DNA of 61,329 bases, the filler included, from Rhabdomonas costata (taxonomy: Eukaryota), in assembly GCA_019059605.1 (NCBI GenBank). It is 17 parts of 17 records of this genome, joined end to end, with 100 filler letters (N's around TTAATTAATTAA, not from the genome) between each part and the next. Parts side by side here need not be neighbours in the genome. Positions count along the whole stretch, not along the records: positions 47,059 to 50,552 come from JAHMHO010000782.1; positions 50,653 to 54,146 come from JAHMHO010000783.1; positions 54,247 to 57,738 come from JAHMHO010000784.1; positions 57,839 to 61,329 come from JAHMHO010000785.1; 13 more parts are not named here. One strand, 5' to 3'. Within the stretch, counting starts at the first letter, position 1, and each line of letters starts with the position of its first letter. This document shows positions 47,645 through 61,329 of this stretch, in pieces. The notes under the pieces were generated by a model. It saw nothing but the letters and a program-made list of their open reading frames with translations, did not search any database and was not told where the DNA came from. A program made the translations under genes and the position numbers.

Positions 47645-49125
47645 CTCGATCTGGCCGATCTTGCGGGTCACTCCCGGAAACGGCCCCACCCTGGCCACCG
47701 CCATCTTGCCCTTCGCAGAGCCCGCAAGCTTCTCCTTCTGTGGGGAGGCTTGCCGGATGGCGTTAATGATGGAGGACTGCGCAGAAATATAAAAGTAAGT
47801 TGACGAAAAACCGCACATCCGCAGAACTGTACAGAATCTCCATTAAGGACTTCTCTATTAAGGAGCCTTGGGTCTCGAAACAGAACCTGTTGCGGCAGCG
47901 GCGGCGCAGACTGAGCTGCAGTCGTTGTTCCCAATTGGGACGAGCCTTCAAAATTGCAACGGCACACCTTTCCTGGAAGGCCTTTGCTCTTCAAGGGCCG
48001 CATATTGCAGCTTGCCCTGGAATTGCCATCCCCACACGAACACAGAGCATATCGACTTTTTTTCCGAGGAAGATACAAGGGGCTGGCGGAGGTGAACCTT
48101 CCCGACATTAGGCAAGCCGACCACCATCCCCAGGTGGGGGAGGGTACGGAACTCTGGGGAGATGTTCAGCGCGGAGACTGTCTTGGCGATAAGGTTGCGG
48201 ATGGCCAGGCCCGGGGTGCCGGGGTTCTTGGACGAGGTCACCACGCTGGGCAGGCCCTGCTTCCGCAGCACCTCCTGTGCTCGCTGCGTGGCGTGGGGGT
48301 CGGCCAGGTCAGACTTCGTCAGCACCACAATTCTCCTGTGCGTTTCGCAATCGAAAATTGATCCGAAGGACCCGCTCGGGAGGATATTGGGCAGCTGTCG
48401 CTGTGGTCAGCTCAGGGAATAGTGTGCATGTTACCGTATGTGAGTGAGCGTGAGTGTGAGCGTGTTTCGTTGGCTACTGCGATCTCTGTGTATGTATGTG
48501 CGTTAGTTGGGCGAGCTGGCCGTTGCCTGATTGTGTGCGAGTGTGTGAAAGAGGTTGAGGGAGTGTATGCTGTTGCGCTTTTGGCCACGCCATATGCAAG
48601 CTTTAACCTCCAGATGCTCAGCAAGCAATACACAGACAAATGTGGGGAGAGGGTAGCACAAATCGATTCCCACTCCCCGCTGCCCTACTGCCCTCGTCCA
48701 GCGAATCGAGGTCCACAGCTTGCGGCATATAAATGTGGAAAAGTGCGAGTGCGGGCGTGTAAAAGAGTGCAAGTGGTCGTCACAACGCTCACCATGTACG
48801 AAACAGAACGAAAAGTACAAAAAATTAGCATCCAACATCACCACGGCAACAAGGTCTTTGCAAAATGCTTTGATTCTTTTATTCATTCTTCGATAAAAAT
48901 GTCGTTCCCTGGCATTGGGCATTGTCCTGATTCGCTCACGAAGGCACAGCGAAACAGTAATTGTTTTGTACTTTGAGGAAGGAATGAGTTTCCCGAGCGC
49001 TGGCTCAGAGAGAAGCGGTAGCCGGGAGTCCCGGACTTCCAGCACAAAGTCCATTGCCTTCGACCTCTGGTGCATCGCCACGGACATCTTCCGAGTGTCC
49101 TTGGGGTACCAATGGACCCGCCCCC
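47645..49125 (-). CDS. MTG1: Circularly permuted ribosome-biogenesis GTPase, RbgA/YlqF/Mtg1 family (partial)
   Basis: Exons 49125-48972, 48335-48098 and 47776-47645 give HWYPKD...DFVLEVRDSRLP, RIVVLTKSDLAD (G4), MVVGLPNVGK|SSIINA (G1) and VGPFPGVTR (G2). G4 precedes G1. Confidence 0.9.
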
Positions 49126-52100
49126 CTGTGAGAAAAGGGAAGGCCATCGGACAGAACATTCCGTACATCCACACCTGCACACCTATTCGATGGTTTATAC
49201 TTGCATTCACTTTGGCCTGCAGCATCTGCTAAAAGTGCCAACTAACCTGTCAATCTTTCCCTCCAACATTGCGGCGTAGACACCAGCATCTTCGTAGCGC
49301 TTGACAATCTGGCAGAGGCGTGCTCCAAACAGGCAGCCGAATTGAAGGACCTTTTGTGGACCATTGACCATACTGTTAACTCGATTAATCAGGAACACCT
49401 CTTATTACTTTTTCGACACAAAACACCCGAAACGCTCAAATCGCAAAGAGAAAGCTTCGCACCCAGGTCCGTGTAGAGCAGCAGAGGAGACTTGGAAGGC
49501 GTCCGGGAAGGCTTGGGCTCATCGGAATGGAAGAGATCCTCCGGCGACGGGGCGTCTTCGGGCACCGCAGAGGTTCCGGGTGTCCTTCTTCCTGGGGGCT
49601 CAGCAGGGCCCGGGCTTGACTCAAAAGTCTGGGAGGAGAACGACAACCATACCATGACAACCCGCAGAGGACCGCGAAAAGCCCATGAGCCACAGAAAGG
49701 CAGGCTCAGTTGCTTCCGCAAAAGCATCTCTTCTTCGGGTGATAAAGCGACAAAAAAAGCATGCCCACTCGGCCAAAAAGAAGGACTAGAGCAGAACCCA
49801 GCAAAAGGATCAATGCAGCTTGAAACGAGTCGCCTCCCGACCCGTCGATGCTTGGCAAACGACCCCGAGAAGTGCTGCCGAACCACTTTGAAGATAACAT
49901 GTTTGCAGATGTGCAAAGCTAGGTTGGGAATCTTGGGAGACATGCAGCAAAATAATAGTCTGAACAGATCGGTTCAATTCAGTATTTGCCCTTTGATGCC
50001 GGACGTGCGGAAGCACCAGCGTGTCCACACAGAGGCCTTCGGGAGTGCCGGCAGACGACTGAACGTGCACCTTCGAGGCTTGACAACACGGACTCTCCAA
50101 AAGCCAGGGCGCAACCAGACAGGCAACGCTGACACTTCGCGAGTTCTGGGTATTAAAGGGACATGTTCATTCTTGTTCAAGGTCGTTTGCTCCAGGGTAA
50201 AGCTCAACCCGACCGCATCCCCATTCTCTTCCCTGGGAACAGTTGAACGGGACAATAATCATTCACAGGCTTTCCGAAAAAGCACCGTGATGTGCCGAAT
50301 TAGCACCAGAAAGTGCATACAACAAGACCACATACAGCGAAACAGTCAACACAAAAAATGAAGGTCACCACCGCACAGCACATGATTCTGTACAAATGAG
50401 GAGACGTACCAGAGACAGCACAAAACCATCGATCGCCAGGGCGATGAACAGAAGAAAAAGCCTGCTTCTTGAAACTTCTTCAAAGCCGAGATACAGAAGC
50501 GTAGAAGCGACAACCTTTCACCTCCCAACACACCCACACACAAACACACACCNNNNNNNNNNNNNNNNNNNNNNNNNNNNNNNNNNNNNNNNNNNNTTAA
50601 TTAATTAANNNNNNNNNNNNNNNNNNNNNNNNNNNNNNNNNNNNNNNNNNNNCCCGGTTGTACTTTGGGATTTTGTGAAAATGGGAATAATAAAGCAAGG
50701 AAAAAATTACTACCGCTGAGAAGGAAGGAGGCTCGTGTCCACTCGCTGTGGCAGGCTGGAACAGTTTGTTTATCCAAGCCTGGTTCTCAACACACTTAAG
50801 TTATCAGGGAAATCGCGGAGGAATTTGTCGACTAACCTTAACGGGGGGTTGGCTATAAGATAAACGCAAAGCAGACACGACAAGACACGCAAAAGGGCAC
50901 AAAGGTCAACGACCCGGGTCTTCGACCGGGGCGGCGCTTAGGGCCGCGGCCCCGGGAAGGAACAGTGTCGAACGAAAAAAACTTGGGAACGAATGAGAGC
51001 GCGTAATGGGGAACGGGAGGGTTGGGGAGAGAAAAAGGGTCGGGGGCACCCGCGTCCGCGGTCTGGGCGCAAAGGCGGACAATGGAAATGGTTGATGTTG
51101 CGAATTTGACGCAACGGGGGTTATTGTTTGGAAAGCGCAGACGCGCAAACGGGATTGAGAATGACTTCTGCGTTTGCGGTGGCCGCAATTCCGTGGAAGG
51201 CAAACAATCCTACTGTCCAGGAAAAAGGGCGCCTCGGGACCAATGCAAAAAGGTCGTATGAAAAGGCACGCTTTCCAAAGGAGCACCAAGACAGCATCCA
51301 ATTTGCGAAAACGTCGTCTGTTTACGGGTGACTAAAAACACCGGCTGACGCCAGGTTGCACGAAAGTGGTGGCTACTAAAAAACGCAACGGCATACTGCA
51401 TAGACGGTTAATTTTTCTTTGATCACTACCTTGCTCTGCATTTCGGGGTTGCAGACCACAGGCCCGATTGGATAGCGTTAGGCGCCGGCTTCAAAACTGA
51501 TAACACAAACATTACTGGTTTGTTTAGGGCCTTAACTGCGTCGGACGAGTGGGACACCGTCCTGCGGGCCCAAGACCCTTCTGAGGTAAACATGACTAAC
51601 CCGTTCACTTGACCGGGTCCCACAGCTCTCTCAATCAGCCCATCACCATCACAGAAACTTCCACCGTCAGCACCCGTCTTTGCTGGGACGCGTTTTCTCA
51701 ATCTACGGGTACAGGGGTTGGCTGGGAAGGAATCGCAAATCTTAAGAAAAATAGGTGGGCTGCGAAAGCAAATTTGAGGCAACGTAATGTCAGTAATGTC
51801 ATACTTTATGATTACGTGAGGTGTCCGTGTTGAGAGTTCAGTTCAGGGCCAACGTGGCAATCAAACTCGCCTCCTCCATATCCAGACACATGCCCAAAAG
51901 AAAAAGGGCAGGTTGTAGAGCTGCCGAATTGAAGCTGTAACCGATCCATGGGCACCACAAATTTAGCCAACACTCCGCGGTTCAAAAATATCAAGAGCAG
52001 CCCTCTCGAACAAACTCCCACCTGTTTCACTCACCCGATGTAATCGTTTCCCTTGGATCCATTAGGTACGAGCCCACACTTCATCAACCGACAGTTATAG

Positions 52101-52162
52101 CATATTAAGCGAGACCCCCCCATGAGTAAACAGAGGTGCATCTCACACAGCGGCTCCCTTCT

Positions 52163-53949
52163 TCACTTCCGGCGCATGTCGCACTTCAGGTGCAAGAACT
52201 CCTCTGGAGAGTTGTCCGTGGCCATGTAGACCTGAAGAAATGCGCACCAGCGCGAGGCTTTGCCTACTCAAGAAGGCGGGTAATGTTCAGCAAATGAGAA
52301 TGTGAATTCCTCAATAGTCCCCCCAGCAAACATGTATACTTAAGGTCTCCCAGTAACAACTCCTCTGGAGAAGGCCACATAACGAAGTTAAAGGTACCGC
52401 GTTGGAACGCCGGTCGGGTGGGCGAGGGTACTCAGCACCTTGTAGCTCAGCACTCCAGCTCCAGCATCCCCCGTGAAGACACGTCGAATAGAGTGGACAA
52501 AGGGCTTCCTCGCGGCGGAGGTGCGGGCGATCGCCGTGGTCTGCATCCCAGGAGGAGAAGCGGCGAGGGCGGGTTATCAAAACACGCAATTTCACATGTG
52601 AATTCCCCTGCCCACATCCCTCCCCAGCTAACAGGAAACATAAAGCACTCTGTAATGGGCAGACAGCACAGGTTTGCGATATTGGCTCACGAAAAGGATC
52701 ACCAGAAGTAAGTCACCCTCCGACGATGAGCCTACTCCTGTTGAAAGGCGTCAATAGAGGCTAATAAAGCAAACAATTCTTCTTAACACCCCGTCATTCG
52801 CATCCCTCTCTCCTGTCGTTTCAACCAGGCGCTGGCTGAGACACATCGTGTCTGGTTCAAAACGTTTCCAGCTTCGTTTCTGCGTTTTCCTTTTGCTGTT
52901 TGATTCTTTGTACACGTGGCGCGCGTGCGTGCGAGTCTGTTCACCGCGCACAAACACACGAATGTTCGGTTATTTCGAGCGTTGGGATATAGCCCAACTC
53001 CACACCTCTCCGCGAAAAAGTCCAAGACGCAGGGCACGCGACGGGCTGCAAACCCGCAAGCATGCAGACACCAGCGAAGGGTGCAACAACCGGAGCGCAG
53101 CGGTTTTGTGCAACATGGCCCCGCAAAACCCCCAAAAAGGCAGGGGCCACAAGGGAGAAACACTGAAAAGTTATTTAACTAAAAATCGTAAGCGTTTCCG
53201 CTGTCACCGATTCCAGCCACGGCGTCTAAAAACAGTTGGGAAAGCACCACGACGGGCAAGCACCAACCTTCAACTCCACGCAGCCCGGCTTCACTAGAGC
53301 CCCCTCCTCGACCTCTGTGATGCCCGAGCCCTGAACCACCAGAAGGTCCAGCCCGCTCTCCCGCTTGGGGTTAACCCGGAAGTAGCCCGTCTCGCGGTGC
53401 ATGGGGTTGCCCCCAGGGCGACTCCACGTCTCCTGGGAGTACGTGAAGATCGGCTTGGAGGGCAGCGCCTCCACCTGGATCTCCTCATCGTACCCGAACT
53501 ACAACAACACCAAAAAAAAAAAGGTGGGTCTCTTCCGCTAGGAACAAGAATAACGCTACCATAAATCATCACAACATTACAGTATAAAACCGGAAAGCTC
53601 TCTCGAAATTCATCCAAGCAACCAAATCATATACAAGGCAAAACAAAGTAGCACCGCACCAAATCAAACCCACCGACTCTTTTTTGCCCGGGCATACGTC
53701 GATGAAAATAAAAGCGCACAAACTATGCCTACGAAGAGAAAGTCATACGTCCAAGGTTGGAACGGAGTAATTTGCCGGCCCCACGGATCGCACTGCGAGC
53801 GCAACCCCGCCAGCAGATCAACTTTCAGAAGTAAAATACAATGTATATTCACATGCGCACACCTCGCTCCCGTGCAGAATGCCCGTGCAGGACCCTGCCC
53901 ACCTCCCGACCAGAAAGCTGAACTTCTTCATGGGCTCAGGAACGGCCAT
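52163..53949 (-). CDS. Nitrobindin / THAP4-like heme-binding beta-barrel protein (complete, 4 exons)
   Basis: Exons 53949-53863, 53498-53268, 52540-52439 and 52231-52163 give MAVPEPMKKFSFLVGRWAG...YDEEI...KPIFTYSQETW...PMHRETGYFR...GITEVEEG...VHSIRRVF...LSYKVYMATDNSPEEFLHLKCDMRRK*. The C-terminal heme His is retained. Confidence 0.9.
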
Positions 53950-56900
53950 TTCCTTTTAAAACCACGCGGTGCCTGACAGCTGAACACAGTAACACAGAAA
54001 GGTAGTGCACACGACTGTAGTGGGGACGAAATGGAGTGAGTTCGGCAGTGTGCGTCGAAATACTCCTGCACTTGCGCTTTGTATTGGGGCGTCGTCTTCG
54101 ACCCGCACCAGCAACGAAGCACTAAGCCACACGCCACAACATCGGANNNNNNNNNNNNNNNNNNNNNNNNNNNNNNNNNNNNNNNNNNNNTTAATTAATT
54201 AANNNNNNNNNNNNNNNNNNNNNNNNNNNNNNNNNNNNNNNNNNNNGGTTTTTGGGGAATTATGCGAGTGTTTGGGGTATGGGTGCCAATGTGGGGAGGC
54301 CTGTATCACAATCGATATATGCATAGGGACTTATCCGATTTTTCTGTTTCATTTATTTTGCCGTTTATTTTCTGTTGGCGAAAAAAGGAAATAGAAAAGA
54401 AACATGGAAACCCCAAATTTATGAGCCTTCCAGGCACAAATCGCTGGAAGGTGTGCATCACCCTCATTCCCACCGCAAAAGTTGCGTACCGATCGCTACG
54501 CAGAAAGTGAATAACTGGGGGGGGGTCTAATGTGCCATAGTCGAAGCTTCTGCCGAACTGAGGGACAGAGCATGACTCTTGTTTTTTGTTCTAGCGACTA
54601 ATGCATGCTCAAAAGAAAAACACAACCAAAAAACTCGCCCCAGCTACACCTTTCTTGGAATCAGGAGGTATGATTTTGCACGCAGCTTTGGATTTGCTGT
54701 CCAGATCTGATGGGTGGGTGGGCGTATGCGCTCAGGCTGGTGTACGAGTCAAATACAGTGTGGGTGGGATTGCCGTTAACCTTCTGGGTCACCCTGAGGT
54801 ACCCCTCAGGTGGCCTAAAGCAGGTGCACTTTTCTCCGGCTAACCCGCAGCCTGCTCTTGATGGATGTTGGTCTGCGGAAGACTGCTAGTCTCTTGTGGG
54901 TGCCCACGTGTCCCGTCGACTTCCGAGATCCGCTCGGCTTATGATTTCATTGCTGCAGAGTGTGTTGTTGTCTCAGAATTCTGATTGGAAGCGATGTAGT
55001 GTTTTGTATGTACTTGCGAGAAAGAGCAGGAAAGGTTTGAACTTCGATTCTAACTTTGGTCGTTATGTTTCTCAATGAGGTACCGATTGTCAGTATTAAG
55101 TTTACCGAAGCTCACGGATTTTGATCGGTAGCGTCAGCAAACTTCGGAGTAACTACCTGCGAAACCGAAGAGTAGACCAGATCTTTACCTGCAACCATTG
55201 CCGCTTTTAGTTATGCCTTTTCGAACCGGACATTGAACGTGCGATCGTGGTGGTTCCCGCGCTGGCGAAGGCAAACCCGAAGACTGCATTGGCGTTTGGA
55301 GCCCCACGGTCCGGGTTGTATTGTTTGCGTTTGAACCGGAGGGATGGGACTGCGATGTGTTTTCTTGCTTTGACAGGAATTCGTATCGGGACCCCATGTG
55401 GGACCCCCCGCTTGGGCCACCCCGTGCCTTCCTGGTCGGGTGCTCCTGTCTGCGGTTTCTCGGCCCCTCCGTCGTCTGTTTTTTGTTTTTAGAACTTTCT
55501 AAACATCCAGACTTTGCTTACTTGCAACGGTCCTCTTTTTTCAAGTCCCTCTTTTGCTTCTTTTTGCCTGTTTTCCTCCTGAAACCTTCCTTCTGGCTAT
55601 TTTGAACTTTTGCATGTTGGAAACGTTCTTCGTTCGGAGCGCTTTTTGCACCCGTAGTTTTCGGACCGCCACTTTTCTATCCCACAACTCCCCGGGTAAG
55701 GCCCGTGATTCAATTTCGGGGCATTTCCTTCCATGGCCATCATCAACTATCCACGTGCGTGCCCTTACCTTGCGAGCGACAACACCGCGAAATTTGAGCT
55801 TCATCACGGTGGGGGTCCGAACGACCTGAACCTTTCGACAGACTGTTGCCAGCCCGAATTTCTGGGAGGATCTTGCGGGGAAGCGTGTTTCCGGGGAACG
55901 GCGATGGTACTATCGGGTTTGCCCCCGTTGTGCCCTAAGCCGTCGGGCTTGGCTAATTTTCGCGTAGTTTCCGCAAAATATCAAGGCAGGGCATTTTTAA
56001 AACAAGCCCCAAAAACATACGAAACCAGGTTTTCAACAATACAAGGCTGATTTTTCCGGCGCATGATGGAACCGAGGTTGCCTTTGAGACTTCCTGCCCA
56101 AATCTGCGAATACCAAGTGTTTTCAGAACATTGCTTTCCAATGGAAAAGATTTTCGGAAGTGTCGCCATTGTCTCTTATAATGTTCTTTCATGCCCAAAG
56201 TGTTGAAAGCCATAATTCGGTATGCATGGATGTAGATTGGGTATGATTAGAACGATTAGCGGTCCCAAAGCTAACCGTGACCGTTGCCCTTAATGCAGAA
56301 TTGCTGGCGGTGATCATCCAGCAAAAAACGGCTGTTTTTTTACAATACGGTCCGCAGATGCAGAATAAATGCTGCAGGGAGGTTAGCGGGACGACATTAC
56401 AAAAAATTCTGCCATGGGCCCTGGGTTTTCCGGTGGGCAAGGAGCAGTGGAAGCTTCCAGTGCCGCTTTCTGCGTCCGCTTGGCAGCGTGAGCAAAGGCC
56501 ATTTGATATTTGACGCCTTAACTGGCGCACTCACTGCATCTGATGTCATTGCAAATTGTAACGCGTGCACCGTTCGAGCTACCGCAATGATTACTGTTTT
56601 GGCCACTATTCAGCGGCACAGCGCCCACCGAGATCAAGGTAGATCAAGGTATCAATGGACCTTCCTGGGCGTGGTCGGTTTCTTCTTTCCGCCGCTTCTG
56701 TCATCTATACCGGCTCCACCTGGTACGCGTTGTAACTGCTGTGTTCAATCCGCAGGGACAAGAAGCACAGAAGCGACCACACACACACACACACACAAAG
56801 AGAATTTTGATAACGTGAGAAAACTTCTCAGCGCCATTTTTCGTCTATTGCCCGTGGGGTTTATAATTCCGGCGGATCTGGTAAAAAAAATGGCCAGATG

Positions 56901-57089
56901 CAAACGAATTCCCCGGATCACCCGAAAAACAGGAAAAAACCGTTGGAGAATGCGGTCGAAAGTAGACGCAGAACGTAGAACAAGGAACAGCGGCCCATTA
57001 CCGCCAATATCAACCATTTAGCAGTGTATTTGTTATCGTTTTTGACATTAATTGAGGACACACTACTCATAATATCGGGCACGAAGGCC

Positions 57090-57730
57090 TGCGATCCGGC
57101 TTGCGAACGTCGGGCGCCGCGCACACGCTTTGTGGAAGCCACGGGGGCCTGGTGTATGCAGCGCGGCTCCGTCGGGACGGTGATCTGACGCAGGCTGGCC
57201 TTCAGCCTCCTTTCCTCAAACGGACCAAACACCCTTTGCCATCCTGGCAAACCCACCGGCCAAAACTCAGGGCTTTATTCCGCGGGCCCAACTGACACAC
57301 ACGCGCAATACCGCCGGAATGCGCCACCGAAAAAACGGTGAAAGTGAAGAGGAATAGAGAATGTTTTTTTTTAACAAAGTGGTTCATGGCACAGCGTCAC
57401 CGCAGTTCAGTGAAAGGTCCACGATCAAACGGCAAATAGCAAACATTAACGGCAGTTGGCTCGACGTTTTCACGCCTTGACCATTAGCGACAGAATTGTC
57501 AGGCCACTGTAATATAACTGTATTATACATGCCTGGTCCTCAAATCAACCCCCCAAGAAAAAAAAAAGCTAATCGGCTGGCACAATCAGAAGTTGAGTCC
57601 CTCTCCAAGTGTCAATTCCATTCCTTCTTTGTTCACCGGCGGCTGGTGTACCCCCTGGGGCCACCCCTTCCTGGGGACCGCCTGGCTGGAGACCGCGAGT
57701 CGCGGCGCGGGCGCTTTGGGGATCCCCTCC
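57090..57730 (-). CDS. Possible RS/SP-rich protein exons
   Basis: GSPKRPRRDSRSPARRSPGRGGPRGYTSR joins in phase 2 (GT...AG) to RPACVRSPSRRSRAAYTRPP. The sequence is low complexity, so support is weak. Confidence 0.25.
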
Positions 57731-59332
57731 CCCCCACANNNNNNNNNNNNNNNNNNNNNNNNNNNNNNNNNNNNNNNNNNNNTTAATTAATTAANNNNNN
57801 NNNNNNNNNNNNNNNNNNNNNNNNNNNNNNNNNNNNNNTGTTTTTTGTGCCCTGTCTTCCCCCTTGGTTGTCCTGTTGCGATGCCTGTTGTGTGCGGCTG
57901 GTGTGGCGCGGAGAGGAGCGTTGTCCTATCGGGGCGCAAGAGGTCACAGAGAGATTTCGGAAACTCTTTGAGGTGGCTGAGAAGCGAGCCCTGGCCCCTC
58001 CCCTCTCCCACACGGCAGAGTCCACGGTTATATATTCAGTTGAAGCCCTGGTGTGTGGGTTCCGCTGAACGCTGAGGAGGAGAGAAGGTGAGAGGGAGGG
58101 AGGAAATCGCGCCCTCTTTTTTGTACAGCAACGGTGCAACGGTCCCGTACTGGTGATCATCGCATCTTTGTGAAGTGGTTTTTCAGTGTTTTGGGTACCG
58201 TCAGACAACGATTAAACGCTCTCACAGTAGCTGCTCATTCTCAAAGAGGCTCTTCCCTGGCATCCAGTGTGTCAGAGACGGTCAGGTGCAAAGTTTGTCT
58301 GCTGCGATGAGCAATTTTTTTTAGAATTCAATCTCATTTTGCCCCGCATTTTATATATTCAGATTATTCTTTGCCAATATGCTAACCCTTAATCCGCACT
58401 TTGCTTCGACGAGGCCGTGCCTCCTAATCAGGAGCATAGTTTTATCGCAGGGAAACGCCGATTCAACTACAGAAGCAAAAATGCCTCCACCTCATCAAAC
58501 AAAGCACCGCAACAGGAAGCTGACGACGATGAAGACATCCGCGCGATTCCTTCCTGTCGAAGTCTGCTTGGGATTCAACGGTTCCATTTACGTTCTTTTG
58601 CGTAAAACGTTCCCTCCCGGCGTTTGGCGTTTGTCCCGCACACCGTCAGGTGGAAAAATTGCTTTCTCCCGTGCTCGACCCCTTCCCCCCTTGAATTTTC
58701 ATGACGGCGGCATTTCATTTCCCAAAGCGTCGACGGATGTACCCGGGTCAGTAGGCAATTCCATATTAGGTAAAAAGAACAACGGCCCACACCTACGTCT
58801 GGGTCGGCCCCCGCTGCTGGGAAACGGAAAGACAGTACGCATCATTAATTAATCCCTAATTCAAATTAATATTTAATTGATATCTACCACTCAACTCAGA
58901 ACCCCAATTCCGAAGACAGAACCCATGAACCAAGAATACGCCTCAAGAACACCCCCTTTATATGCTAGGCATGCCTCTTCACTCTTTCCACCGCCCCGAG
59001 GCGCTTCCCCTTGTTCCGACCTGGCGCCGCCAAGCAGAATACCCACCATGGACCCTATTGACACCAAAACAAAGAAGGCAGAACTCCGAACCCGAATGCC
59101 TGATACCCAAACCCAAACCCGAACACCCCAAAGACGCGAAAACCAACCACAAAGCGTCGAAGGAAGCACGGAATACCCAACAGGCATGAAGGCCCGCACC
59201 GACATCGAGTCCTTGCCCCAAACCCGGAAACCGCATGATGACGTAGAGCAGCATACATCCCACGACGCGAACCCGGAAACCGAAAGCATACACGAAAGCG
59301 AAAATGTCACCACGACATCGAACCACAAATTC

Positions 59333-59519
59333 TGAGCCCGGAATATCACCAAGATGGGTGTGGGAACCACCCCATGAGCCCCCAACCACTGATTTTGGGG
59401 CCAAGATGCACCCAAGATCACCACTTAAGGCCACATTCTACGCAATCAGACCCGCAAGCTACATAACCCATTGAGGCAACCACATGAGCCTAGAATACCA
59501 CCACCTAAGCCCACATCCT
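59333..59519 (+). repeat. Degenerate short direct repeats in an A/C-skewed tract
   Basis: TGAGCCCGGAATATCACCA (59333) pairs with TGAGCCTAGAATACCACCA (59485). CACCACTTAAGGCCACATTCT (59419) pairs with CACCACCTAAGCCCACATCCT (59499), 18/21 identical. Confidence 0.6.
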
Positions 59520-61329
59520 GACCACATGCTACCCATACATACCCCCTACGGCCTCGGAACCCTCCACCAGATACAGAGGGGAATGAGGGGGTACCTGGAG
59601 CCGAGATGACGAATTGAGAGATAGATGCAAAGAGAAGGGCTCATAGACCGACGTACACACGACGGCGCATGCATTCACTACGCAACGGCATGCTACGTAC
59701 CTACCACTCTTGTTGAATTACACCACAAAGGGTAGACCGATGTGCCCAGGATGTGGTAAGAATGGGAGATGGGATGCTAGGGGTTCTGCGGTGCTGCCCC
59801 CAAGTGAAGAATAGCCGGTTGTATACCAGTGTGCACTCGTATACTCCATAAATGTGATGGTTAATGCACCCCACAAAAGATGCATGCCATGTATGATAGA
59901 ACCATGATACCCCTATGTGGGATACGTACCCCACCACTGGGCATAAGCACGGTTACGATCACTCGAATGGTCGCACTCGTCACACTCTGACTCGCTGCGT
60001 GATGCCTCCTGTTCCTACTGTTCCTTGTATGCTTTCTTTAGATAAAGATTTGTCAAATTCGTCCTTTCACTCCACTCCGTTACGATTAATGTCATCATGT
60101 TCCTCACTCAACCAGTCGTTACATTCACTCCCTATGGTCGTTCATATTCCTCCAGTTCTTTATTAGTTCTGTAGATCACGGCTCACATTTCCTCCGCTCA
60201 TGTTTACTAGGTCGTCACATTCGCTGCGCTCATGTTCCCCATTGGTAGAAGAGAAGATGGAGGGATGTCGAACGGAGTGGACATCCAGTAAAAGTGATGT
60301 CAGAATGTGTCGCTACGGCTACGCCTACGCTCATAGATGTCTTGTTCGCTTCGTCACTCGCTGCGCTCGTTTGCTTTCTGTCGATCACGTGGTCGCATGT
60401 CCTCCGCTACACTACGGCCATGCTCCATCTTTCTATAGATCACGTTGTTGTGGTTATCTTCCTGACATAAGTCGGTACACGCTCACAGATTCTAAGGTGA
60501 AACGGAGCGAAGCGGAATGAACAAGTGATGATGGCACCCCTCCTCCTATCCCCACTCGCTGATGGCTCGTGGGGCCCCTTCAGTTTACCAAGTCGTCGTG
60601 ACACTCACTGCGTTTGTCTCACCCCTCATAGATGAAGTGGTTCGTCACTCCACCGCTTTGCCATTCCGTTCCTCACATTCTATGATGGGTCGCATGCTCT
60701 GGTGCCTCGCATGCTCCACTGACAGAAGAAGAGTAAGAGTAAGAAGATGGAGGTCCGAACGTGAGTGAGGGCCTGCCGGTAACAAGAGAAGATGTGTCGT
60801 GATGCCTCGCTACGCATACACCCCACTCACTGCGTTTGTGGTGTAGCAGTTGATGAAGCGTACCGACGTCAGTCGGGGAGCGACCGAACCACTACATCTA
60901 GGGAGCATACGAGCGTATGCGAGTATGCGACCGGCTATTCTTCACTTGGGTCCCCAGCCACCACACATCATACATTATCCACACATACTGGTACCCTTAG
61001 CCCATCTCTCATGCCACTTGGCTTCGCAGATATGGAGTACATACACGTAGTCCATGTCGAGGAACGGGGCATGGATATAGTAGATGGTATCTTCGCGGTC
61101 TTCACATCTTCGCATTTTGCCCATAACCCCGGTGGATGGAACTATCGGTGAGCGTAAGCGGTTAGCGAACCTTCATCGCCAACTCTTCAACATCCTCAGT
61201 CGGAGGAACACGAGGAACATGATGGATCGTAGCTACCGATTGAAACGAGTGTGAAGACTGGTTCTGCATTCTTCTCATCTGGTTACGCATCTCTGCATCT
61301 GGTTTGGAATGTTGGCACGGAGGTTGGAT

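Noticed and set aside
49492-50361. 289-aa plus-strand ORF
   Set aside because: It has no recognisable motifs and lies antisense to, and upstream of, the minus-strand GTPase gene. It is probably a shadow ORF.
54247-57000. Possible decayed transposon or gene in contig 16
   Set aside because: Only short ORFs with no motif I can recognise and no consistent exon chain are present.
3506-57838. Regularly spaced TTAATTAATTAA motif as a biological repeat or CRISPR-like array
   Set aside because: It is always embedded in 44+44 Ns and is an assembly concatenation linker. ORFs ending in X...LIN are artefacts of it.

Overview
This window is not a contiguous locus. It is 17 unrelated contigs of about 3.5 kb, roughly size-sorted and joined by artificial 100-nt N44-TTAATTAATTAA-N44 linkers, so adjacency across linkers means nothing. 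Most contigs come from an intron-rich protist nuclear genome with short exons, GT-AG and frequent GC-AG introns, and microsatellites. A euglenozoan or euglenid host is plausible but only inferred. Contig ends suggest G/T-primer whole-genome amplification. Recognisable spliced genes are a flavocytochrome c/fumarate-reductase-like flavoprotein, homoserine kinase, methylmalonyl-CoA mutase, an insulinase (M16), a GT34-like glycosyltransferase, an ammonium transporter, an RbgA/Mtg1 GTPase and a complete nitrobindin-like gene. Less certain calls are a Sir2-like protein and a Venus-flytrap receptor-like protein. One scaffold is a decayed Ty3/Gypsy retrotransposon. The stand-out is contig 32676-36173, an intron-free, single-strand gene cassette. 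It encodes an RNA-virus-type (noda-like jelly-roll) capsid, then a signal-peptide protein, then a RING-finger ORF, all broken by frameshifts, stops and a 46-nt duplication. It is best read as an endogenised capsid-first virus-like element whose replicase lies off the contig. All calls are by eye, without database searches.
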